Source: Selaginella moellendorffii
Lineage: Eukaryota > Plantae > Lycopodiophyta
NCBI RefSeq assembly: GCF_000143415.4
Contig: NW_003314348.1
Coordinates: 222,932-286,931 of the forward strand
DNA: 64,000 bases
Reading direction: 5' to 3'
Below are positions 1-13,213 of the stretch, in pieces. A program made the translations under genes and the position numbers. The notes under the pieces were generated by a model. The model was not told the DNA's origin. It worked only from the letters and a program-made list of their open reading frames with translations, and searched no databases. Position 1 is the stretch's first letter. Every line of letters starts with the position of its first letter.

Positions 1-1896
1 GAGTGACGACTTCCTGTAATGCTGCTGCTGCTATCCTGCTGCTGCTGCTGTTACTTTTCCCCTCCGAGATGCAAAGAGAGAGAGGGAGAGCTCTCCCTTC
101 AAGTCCCTGCTTACTTCCTGCTATTCTATCTATCTATATGCTGTTTATATTCCTTTCCTCCCTCCCTCCCTCCCTCTCTCCCTCCTCTGGCTGGCCCCTG
201 GCACTCCCAAATTCCCAGATTCCCAAAGGTACCCCTAGTGCTATAGCTAGAATTGGAGATAGAGAGATGATCTGGCCTAGGCAGGAGTATGAAGCCTATA
301 ACAAACAGAGCACACTGTTGTAAGGCCTGACTATGGACAAGACGACTTCTTTCTAGCGGGGCTTCTGGTAAGTCTGCCTATTACGGACGAGACGAGGAGA
401 TGGTGGATGGAGATATAGAGAGAGGATGGTGATGCTAAAAGAGAGGACGCTTAGGGAAGCACACGCGCTGCTGCAATCAATACCACATGCAACATCAACA
501 AGCCAAGAAAGGACCGACGACGCAGCTCGCAAGAGCGATCTTTCGAGCAAGGAATGAAAATCTAAGCTACACAAAAAGCCCACTTGTAAACTACACATAC
601 CTTTCAAAGCCTCATTACGACAGCCGATATCACCACCACCCCCACCACAGACACACCGTTGCTGCTGCTGCTGCTCCTGCGTAAGTATTCCTTTTCGTGG
701 ACTCACAAGGTACACGTCCCCTGTGCGCAATGCACGTGGATGGATACGGAGGGTTGAAACTCCACGGGACTGCACTGCCACATCGGCTCTGTGCCTGTTC
801 TGTCTGCCTGCGCAGAACCAAAACCGAGGTGAGTATGAGGACTTTTTAGCATTTAGCATTAGGCTCACCTTGATGATACCATTACCAAGTGGTCAACTTA
901 GCATAGCTACCTAAGGTGGAAAATGAGGAGAGAAAAAAAGAAAAGATCGTCAATAAGAATGAAATCAGATTACCTCTGCCTGCGCGATGCTCTTTTACAC
1001 ACCAGTATCAGTAGCGTTGGATCTCGGTTGGAGCGCCTCTTCTCTAGCTTTATAGACGCCTAGGACATAGTTCCTCTGCCTGAGATGTGCTCTGACTTGT
1101 CCAAACAGCTGCCAGCGGAGAAGCCGCCCATAACCAATACCAAATCCCACCAAGTACTTATGGTGGATTTGATCGATCACATGGAAAGGCCTTCACAATC
1201 GGTGCAGACAGTAAGCAGCAACAACAACAGCAGCAACGAGAGAGCCTGGTTAAGCTGTTTTTCCCTGCTGCAGGAATCCAACACCACAACCTTGCCTTTG
1301 CTGACGACCCGGATGATGGAAGCCTCACACGCAAAAGGCACCCCAAGGACGACCTGGGAAGAGTCAGCCACCTTTGCATAAAATACCCCCGCTCCACGAA
1401 CTGATGTATGAAAGGGGCGCCTGAGAGGCAGTCCATATCCATCCAGAGCCAAATCTATATCCAATGTTCCCCTGCCACTGTACTCGAGCCTCGCCATCAA
1501 TACCGCCCCACCTTCCAAAGCCGAGAAAAAGACCATTCCTGGCACCAATTGAACCGACAAGTGACCGGATTCGAGCTCCATGAGGTGCACGAGAAGGCAA
1601 TCTCATCGGACACATAGTCCTGATTCGAACCACCTTCGTTTCTCCTGTGCCTGTGCCGCTCAGTCGCCAGAGAAAGAAAAAAGAATAAACAATATGCTTA
1701 CCCCGATTTGTTGTGGACTGTAAGATCCAGGATACGAAAGCCAACTAAATCCTGCCTGATGATGGTAATAAAACACAATGATTGCACGATTGCCTAATTT
1801 AACCAGATTATCTGCACCAACACATCAGAAAGACCCCACGAGGCGAGCTAAGATAAGCAAATCGAACTGTCTATGTACGCATCATACCTTATACGT

Positions 1897-2562
1897 CTAG
1901 GCCCGTGGTAGATTACGAGCTGTTTGATGCTCAAGTTGCTCCACGGTTTCCCGTAGCATCTTTCTGTCCGCGCTTGTCAAGGCTTTATCTACGTGAAAAA
2001 AACAAAAGAAGAAAACCGCGAAAGGATACACTTGAGCTGCCAGGAGATGGATATCCTTCATCTCCTCGTTAAGTCTGCAACTCACAAGAAAAACATGAGA
2101 AACAAGCATCTAGAGAGGAAGCAGAAAAAAAGAAAAAGAAAAGAAAAGAAGAAAAAGCTCACCTGAGACAAGAATTTACAAACTTATTTCCTTTCGTAGC
2201 AGCGTCAATGCCTGCATTAGAATCGCATATCAAAAAACAAGAAAAAACAAGAAAAAGAATAACTTACATCCATTTTGTAGACTCCCGGCAGCATTATTGT
2301 AGCACGCCAGATGATCCCGCGTACTGCCAGTGACCTAGACCAGAAATCTTCACTCCAGAGGCCAAAATTTAGGCTTGCAGAACCATACCTCGCTCATCGC
2401 CTCCCTCAGCGATGCCACCAGCGAGCAGAAGCTACCCGCGGCATCTCTCGCTTCATCCTCCACGGCTTGCAGCAGCTGCGTCGCCCTGCGCACATCCGCC
2501 GTGGAATCAAACACGGGCTGGATCTCGTTCTGGAGGGCGCCTCCTCCTCCTCCCCCCGCCAT
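1897..2562 (-). CDS. BLOC-1-related complex subunit 6 (BORCS6)-like coiled-coil protein, multi-exon
   Basis: Spliced product MAGGGGGGALQNEIQ..SFCSLVASLREAMSE/VTGSTRDHLACYNNAAGSLQ/..DAATKGNKFVNSCL/RLNEEMKDIHLLAAQ/KMLRETVEQLEHQTARNLPRA*, with GT-AG introns. Resembles the plant BORCS6-domain family as recalled; no search was run. Confidence 0.65.
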
Positions 2563-2832
2563 CGCTCCTCCAAAGCCCTAAAGCAAACGCGGCGGGATTA
2601 ACACGAGATAAGAACAGTGAAGTAAAAATTCGCATTGCTGTGATAGACGGCTCAAGGTTTTTCCATACAAAACGTTTCTTTTCATACGCTCGACTGTGGT
2701 GAGGGAGACTCGGGAAGAAGGAGAAGAGTCTAGCCTGACCCGGGGAGCATTATCGACCAGTAATGGCTGTGTCCCATTGATTTATCGCGCTGCGGACCTG
2801 GATTATCGCTATGTCGCCCACTGACGATCGCC

Positions 2833-4007
2833 TCATTTTTTCTCAGTGGTGACTCCCACCGCCACACTGGTCACCTGGAAAGTTTTCACAAAGTTTAGAG
2901 ATCTTTCCTACAGCAAGGAGCGCAAAGAAAGGAAAGAGATCATACTAGCTTGCCGGTTTCATCCATGGTCATGGGGTTCTCCACAACCACAGTCTGCGAT
3001 GGTTGCCTCGTCGGCGCAGGCTGCGTGATAAGATACATTAGTGATCGAGTGCTATGTCAATCAAGCTGTGAAAATGGCTGATACCTCTGATACGGATGCG
3101 GGCTGGGGAAGGGGAGCGTAGGTTGGTCTTTGCACAGGGAGGGGCATTCTCGCGTTGCTGAGATGCTGGTCACACAGGGAGAAGTGGCGTGATAAGATCA
3201 AAACATAACGTCGCCCTCAAGAAAAGACTTACCGGTATCGTCGTGACATACTGGCAGAGCGCGCATTTCACCGATTGCGCTCCAAACGCATACATGAGAG
3301 TCGTATTACAGCCTCCGCAGCTAATATGCGCTACTTGGTTCGCTAAAATCACAAAACAAGTGCGTTAAGAAAACCAAAACCAAAGATAAACGAACGAAGA
3401 AAGGGACCACACCTTCCATCGCCAAGTTGATTGTGTGACAGCACGAGCACTGGACACTAGTGGCACCACGCACATACATGAGTAGCGTCCGGCATCCCCC
3501 ACAAACGAGCTGAGCCATCTCGGTTCCTACAGGGACCACTCGCAAAACAAGACAAAGTCAACAAAAAACGTAGCAAGAGAAAAGATTTCTTTGCTTTTTT
3601 CTTTGATTTTTTTTTTTTTTTTCTTGATGGAAACCGACCTGGAGGAGGAACGGGAGTGACAGAGCTGCATAGCGCACAGCGGACATTCGTAGCACCTTGA
3701 GGATATACGAGCAAAGTCCTACATCCACCACAGATCAGCTGGCCTTGAGACCCTGCAAAACAATTTTGACAGACAACATAAGATAAGGGATGAGAGAGGA
3801 AACCAAAGACAAAGTAAAAGCGATGAAAGCGAAACGATTCGTTATCTCCCTCCCCCCTTTTCACGATTTCACGAGATTATGGAGCAGCGATCGGTCCGGG
3901 GGGAAATTCTGGAGAAATCGGGGCAAGAAGGGGGGAGCGATTGATTTCTCACCTGGCGGTGGCGGCATATGAGGCTGGGGAGCGTAGGGCACCAGCGGAA
4001 CCGGCAT
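2833..4007 (-). CDS. LSD1/LOL1-type zinc-finger protein (three zf-LSD1 domains), multi-exon
   Basis: Three CxxCx(11)VxCxxC fingers ([24 protein letters not shown]; [24 protein letters not shown]; [24 protein letters not shown]). N-terminus MPVPLVPY, C-terminus [30 protein letters not shown]. Confidence 0.93.
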
Positions 4008-4386
4008 TGGCGCGGAGATTCGCGTGAATCGCTGCCGATGAATCCGATGAATCGCGCGCCCGGAAATTCCGCCGAGAGATCGAAACAGGGCAACGATCTC
4101 CCCCAAAACTTCCCTGCAATGCGCCGATCCGATGGCGCTAGCGCCGCGCCAGGCGCCTCAGCTTCGTCGAAGCCAAACCCTACGCGTCGCCCGGGAGAGC
4201 TAAGCTTTGTGGTGAGAGCTTCTTTGAATCCATGAGAATTTTCGTCGAAAGCCTGATCAGCCAGCGCCAAGGCTTATCCACACCGTCCATCGCGACAATC
4301 GTAAACCGACGGCCGAGATGGGTTAGGTCTCCTCTTGAGTTGAATATTCTCAGCTTAGAACCCTAATTCTTCCATAGAAGAGGGCG

Positions 4387-5272
4387 ATGAAGATCACGGC
4401 GCTGCTGCTGCTCAGGGCGAGCGATTCGGCAGCAGGATCATCGGCTTCCGGCAGCGACCCGGCGGTACTGGCAAATGCATCGGATGTGAGCCATTTCGGC
4501 TATTTCCAGCGCTCCAGCGCCAGAGAATTCATCATGTTTGTAGCTAGAACTCTCGCCAAGCGGACGCCGCAAGGGCAGCGGCATTCCGTGGAGCAGGATG
4601 GTAAGCGTTGATTTCCAGATCCAGTTTTCTCATTCTTTGCGTGTAGAGTATGTGGTGTATTGCTACAACAGGAATGGGCTTTGCGGGCTGGCGTTCACGG
4701 ACAAGCAGTATCCAATGCGAAGTGCTTTCTCAGTAATTAACAAGGTGAGCAATCCAAATTCTTTTGTTCTTCTCTTGAGCATGATCATCGCTCAGGTGAT
4801 CGATGAGTACATCCAAGCGTTTGGAAATTCCTGGAAATCAGTGACAACCGATAACACGGAACAATGGCCGGCTCTAAATCAAGCCTTGATGAAGTACCAG
4901 GTTGGTTGCTCCATTCCAGTTTTGCTCTTCAATCGTGAGATCTTTCCGTGAATTGCAGGATCCAATGGAAGCTGACAAGCTCATGAGGATCCAGAGGGAT
5001 CTCGACGACACCAAAGTCATACTGGTACGTGACGCCATAGCTTAGCTTCCTTTCGACAAGGATTTATTTTTCTCCTTGTTTGTACAGCACAAGACCATAG
5101 AAAGCGTCCTCGCTCGAGGGGAAAAGCTCGACTCATTGGTGGAGAAGAGCTCTGATCTTAGCATGGCTTCCCAGGTATCCAAAATCTGTCTTTTCAATCG
5201 TATCAAACTCCCAGCCTGCAGATGTTTTACAAGCAAGCCAAGAAAACCAACCAGTGCTGCAGCATCTTGTGA
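4387..5272 (+). CDS. YKT6: Longin R-SNARE YKT6 (VAMP-like), 6 exons
   Basis: MKITALLLL..LANASDVSHFGYFQRSS..; SNARE motif HKTIESVLARGEKLDSLVEKSSDLS; C-terminal MFYKQAKKTNQCCSIL* prenylation/palmitoylation motif. Confidence 0.96.
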
Positions 5273-5475
5273 GAGCGACGCGATTTTGATAAAACTCGCT
5301 ATACATACCGTGTGTTGACGTAAGCTTGTATAATCTACCAGCACCTCAGAAAAGTATCTATCATCACTGTAATCAGCCAGATTCACGAAACTTCAAATCC
5401 ATTCTTTTCTATCTTCCTGAAACAAGCTAGAAAAAAAGTTAAATCTTACAAGTAAGATCAGAGGTGTTCTTTCCA

Positions 5476-7869
5476 TCACATAGACATTGCTTGCTCACAG
5501 CTCTGCAGCGCTTGGTTCGCGAAGTATCTCACGTCCACGTCCGGATCTTCGCTCAACTCCACCAAGCATGGGCGAATCGACTGCTCAACAACCTGGAAAT
5601 ACACATTAAAAAGTAGTCTCTAGAAAGCTTGAGAACTTCTGTGACTTTACCTCGCTGCCAACGATCGGGATAAACGATTGTAGGATCTTCGCCACGTTGA
5701 ACTTCACGTTTGGAATCCTGTTACAATTTATTAATTCGACTTCTACCTTGGCTCGACGTACCTGTCTTTTGCAGCGTTGATCACGACTGGTAGCATCATC
5801 TGGCATGTCACTTCCGAGCCAACAACAGGGGCGAACAAAGAAATGGCATACAGTATCGTCAACCGGTATAAATAGTGAGGATTGTTAATCATCTCCAACA
5901 CCTGAGAAAAGCATTACTTTCAAGAGATCTTCACACACAAAAAACTCATACCTGTGGAATAATATGTCTGCAAGCCCATTCTGTGCCAAACTCTTCGGTC
6001 AGCCTCTTCAGGTTGTTTGCGGCAGCTTCCCTGATAGAGCACACCTGGTACACGATTTGGTTGAGTGTCAACACTTGAGATTTCACGATTCAAACCTGAT
6101 CTCCAAGCCAATGCATACACAAGGCACCAAGCTTGTCATCAAAGAATTCCACTCCCAGTTGGCTCGCAAGGAGTGGAATGTACTCAATAATAGCCAGCCG
6201 CACCCGCCAGTGTTTGTCTTCGGCCAGTTCCACAATCGCGGGTAGGAGAGATTGCGATAACAAGTCAATACCAATAACCTGTAACGAAAAGATCAACTCA
6301 AAACAATGAATCTTCGTTGGGCGAACTTGCCTTGTTGACTTGATCCAGCTTGCTTATGATGTTGAGCCTAACGTCAGGGAATTCATCCTTCAAAAGGGCC
6401 AAAAATATTGGTAAAAGTTGTTCGATTGTCGCGTCCTGCAAACCAAACTAATCAGCACAGGACGAAAGAGCACAAATTGCCTACTTTTCCAAGAACCGGT
6501 GCCATGCCCATTATTACAGAAGCCAAAGCCGCACGAACATGTTGTGACGAGTCTAGAGAAAGTTCCTGTTGGGAGTCAAAAGAAGGTCATGTCTGTGCAC
6601 CACAGAAAAATCTCTCGGCTTACCTTTACACATGGTAGAATGCTTTGCATGGCAATCTCGGGCTGGACTATCTCACAAAACTTGGTCACTTTATCGGCTG
6701 CTGCTATTCTGACTTCCGCTTCGTTATCTCTTAAAAGTCGCACATAGGCGGGGACCAGATCAACCCTTTGCACATAAAAGAAAAGATCAACAATCCATCA
6801 GTGTCCCCAAGAAAAAGCCAATGTCAGTGGACAATACCTAGTACATTCCGGTCCAACAGTTTCACAGAGTTCATATAGTTGATTAGCAACCATATAACGT
6901 ACCCGCCAGGACTTGTCCTGTAGAAACAAACACGCACCGCATCAGCAACAGGAACAATAAAAGAATGAGACATACTTGTGAGAAATTTAGTATGAGCGGC
7001 AACACACAGGCAATGCAGTCGCTTGTTTGTAGCAACCTTCCAAGCGCAGCACAGCCTTCAACAGCTAGAAGCCTGACCGAATCCTGCTCTGAAACATCGA
7101 AAAAGAAATTTGAGAAAAGAAAAAAAAAACAAAAAAAAATATTGGGAAAGCGTTGCTGATCATACCATCCTGTGTGAGGTCCCGAAAGACAGCCATGATA
7201 TCGGTCTTTAGAAACGCAGGCTCGATGGTAGCAGCAAACTTCCCGAGGTTGGAGATGGCGGCCCTTCTCACCAAAGGCATATCGTCGTGACTTAGTTGGT
7301 TGTAGATGGTTCTCAATTCCGCTCGGAGAAGCTCCGGAGCGCTCGGGTAGACAATGTGTAGCAGTCCACACACCGACACTCTAGCCGTGAACCATTCTCC
7401 AGCCGCGAGCCTCTGCGAATCAAAGAGATCTCACGCCGTGAGCTCAATGTAGCTACAGATCTACGACCTTTACCTTGACAACCGGAGCAAACCATTCCAC
7501 AAGATCGCGCTCGTTCATCACGCTGGCGATCTTGCATAGCGACGCCACCGCCTTCTCCCTCACCGCGCTCTCCTCCACATCGCACAGCGCCTCCAGCGGG
7601 GGTAGCAGAGAATGCGCGTACTCCACGCCCCCAACGTAGGGGACCAGATTCCCCAGCTCCTCGGCCATGGCAAGAAGAACCTCTTCATCGTCGTCGCTGC
7701 CGTCGGCGAGGAAGGGGATCAGCTCCCGCCGCGTCCGATCCTCGCCCAGAGCCCTAGCGATGGTGGACAGCCGGCGCACCGAGTTGATCCGGAGCTGGAC
7801 GTCGTCGTTCTTGAGCTCGTCGATGAGCACTGCGATCGGATAGAGCGGCTCCTCCACCATTGCCGCCAT
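5476..7869 (-). CDS. PP2AA: Protein phosphatase 2A 65-kDa scaffold (A) subunit, HEAT repeats, multi-exon
   Basis: [25 protein letters not shown]; [23 protein letters not shown]; C-terminus [15 protein letters not shown]. Confidence 0.97.
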
Positions 7870-8026
7870 AGCTCCCAGGAGAGAATCCACAAACCCTAGA
7901 ACGGTATTAGTCCGCCAGGAGACTAGAATATGCCAATCGCGTCTTTTAATTTCTAGAATGGGTCCACCTGCAAATAAAAACTAGGCCTTCTAGAACTGAT
8001 CTTTTCTTCATGCATTTCTTATTCCC

Positions 8027-10360
<2,334 letters not shown>

Positions 10361-10680
10361 ATCATTCTTGAGAACTTACTTGTTTTCTATTTCTTTTCTT
10401 CATCAAGTTTGCGCGAGCTCAACCTCTGTACATTGAGGAATTGCGGTCGTTTATGCGAGTGATGGTTTTTCCTTTCTTAAAAACATTGTAGTTATCTTTC
10501 TCGAGATGTTTTTCTAATCACGATATACCTTTCTATTTTATCCTCCACTATTTTACTGTTATTTTGTAAAAAGGTTAACATGAAAATAGAATATTAAATT
10601 AAATAGATTGGCGTTAAATTAGCAGCATTAGGATAATTTAATGCCGCCCCTTAATTGCAAGCAAAAACTATCTTTTCGTC

Positions 10681-13025
10681 ATGGTCTCCATTTTGCTTTT
10701 CATGTTCTTCACAGTGACTGCCGCAACGCAGCTTGATGGAACCAATATTTACATAGCTTACTTGGGAGGGACGAGAAGCATTGAGGCTCAAACTATCACA
10801 ACAAGCCATCATCAAATTCTTTCTCAAGTCACTGGAACGTAAAGTTTTTTCATGAAAAGCAGGACTCCACAAATCACTAATTTCTTTCTTTTCTACCTTA
10901 GTTTGGAGTCTGCCATGGACGCCATTGTCTACAGCTACAGCCACGGCTTTAGTGGTTTTTCTGCAAAGCTAACACCAGATCAGGCCGAGGCATTATCAAG
11001 TTAAGTCTGTGATCATGGAGAGGTTCACTAAACAATTTTGTTCTTACCAGAGTTTCCTGAAATACTGAGCGTTTATCCCAGTAAGACGTATCACATCCAG
11101 ACAACTCGTTCGTGGGACTTCGTTGGCTTGAGCGAGTCTCTAAGTTCGGAGCAATCAGGAATCGAGTTCTTACCCCATGAACGTTACGATGTCATTGTAG
11201 GAGTTCTAGACAGCGGTATCACTCCTCTTGCCCCTTCATATGCTAGCATAGGAACAACCGTCAGCGTTCTCGGACAGAAAGTCTGCGAGACAAGCTTACT
11301 CATTCTTCGAGAAGTTGATCTTGATCTCGTTCTTGTACAGGAGTGTGGCCAGAATCCAAGAGCTTCCACGATGCCGACATGAGACCCGTTCCAGGACGAT
11401 GGAAAGGAACTTGCATGAATCCAGCTGGTACAAACGCATCTGCCATTATCAAATGCAACAGGTGAAAAGAAAAAACATAGCAAACTTAACACCAATACAC
11501 TAACCTGAATCATCTTTACAGGAAGCTTGTCGGTGCTCGTACTTTCGACGCTCACGGCTCACACGTCTATGAGAATGCCAGGGACGGCACTGGTCACGGA
11601 ACTCACGCTGCATCCACTGCGACTGGAAGGCTCGTTGCAAACGCAAGTGTGAATGGAGTTGCCCGAGGAACTGCCCGTGGTGGTGCACCGTTATCAAGGC
11701 TTGCGGCTTATAAAGTTTGCTGGGGTTTCATCTGTGACGAGGCTGATATTTTAGCTGGATTTGACACTGCAATACACGATGGAGTTGATATTATCTCAAT
11801 CTCAGTTGGGAGAAGCCCGCATAGATATAGTACTGATGGATTAGCAATTGGAGCTTACCATGCCGTGGAGAGAGGCATTGCCGTTGCAGCACCTGCTGGA
11901 AACTTCGATTTTTTTATCTATCAAATTGCAAATGGCGCACCTTGGCTCTTCACAGTTGCTGCAAGCACGATTGATCGAAAAATCACAGAGGTTAAGATCT
12001 TTCAGAATAAAAATGAGGACTTATTTTTTCTTTTTTTTCTTTTATGTTCTTACCTGTTGTGCAGAATAATCAGACCGACAATTATAAACCAGCTCCAGTT
12101 ATGGCTCCATTCTCCTTGACTGGACCAAACAGCTTGGATGCAAGTATCATAAAGGTGAGCATTAGAAGCAAAGCATTGTTTCATAGATGACTTACACAGA
12201 TGATTTACATGAGCGACTTTTGTAGCCCGATATCACTGCTCCTGGTGTTGATATTCTAGCAGCCTGGCCAACCAACATTCCAGTTCATGGTACCAATGCA
12301 ACTTACGGTGAATACTCACTTCTCTCGGGGACATCGATGGCCACTCCACACGTTGGGGGAGCATTAGCATTCCTCAAGTCGATCCATCCGAAATGGAGCC
12401 CCGCAGCACTAAAATCTGCACTCATGACAACAGGTAAACTCATCAAACAATTGCGAAAGATGATCATCAACGATTCAATGCAGCAAGCACCCTGGATAAC
12501 ACAAACGCCACAATCACGAGAGGAAACGCCCCATCCAATCCATTCAGCTTTGGCTCTGGCATCATCCAGCCCGCAAAAGCAGTCGATCCAGGACTAATCT
12601 ATGATATCCATCCAGAAGACTACATACAATATCTCTGGAGCATCAACTATACCTCCGTCGAGATCCAGCACATGACTGGCAGCCATTGCCCCAAACACTC
12701 CACGGATTTCAGCCTCAACTATCCCTCCATCGCGATCGACAAGCTTGCGCCGGGCGCCAGCCGCACAATCTCAAGGATCGTCACGAATGTAGGCACCGGA
12801 AGATCTTCCTACACTGTCGCCGTGGCGCCGCCGAGCGATGCCGCGCTTGCCATCGCCGTGAACCCTAAAACCCTAGATTTCTTCTTCACTGGCCAGAAGC
12901 TCTCTTACACAGTCACGCTATCTTTGAATAAGGAAGCGGCGGGAAAGAGCTGGATATTCTCTGCTTTGACTTGGACCGATGGCACCCATCAAGTACGAAG
13001 CCCCATTGCTGTGTCCTCTAGCTGA
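10681..13025 (+). CDS. Secreted subtilisin-like serine protease (S8): signal peptide, I9, catalytic domain and Fn3, no PA domain
   Basis: Signal peptide [15 protein letters not shown]; [15 protein letters not shown]; [10 protein letters not shown]; triad motifs [26 protein letters not shown]; AGN oxyanion residue; LNYPSI..VTNVG..VRSPI C-terminal domain. Confidence 0.92.
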
Positions 13026-13213
13026 TGATCAAAGTGAAAATAAAATTTAGGTCTTGGAAGACCGCTAGGTCATTGTGGATCTTCACTTCTTGCAGCGTCA
13101 TCGATTCTTCCGCGTGGATGAACTACTGCTTTCCTGGATCGGCTAGAACTTTTGATCCATTGGATGAGCCACGGATCGGCTAAGAACTAGCGCTTAATCG
13201 ATTCTCCGCGTGG

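Noticed and set aside
1-190. CTG, GA and CCCT microsatellites with overlapping ORFs
   Set aside because: Simple repeats; the ORFs are low-complexity artefacts and context is cut by the window edge.
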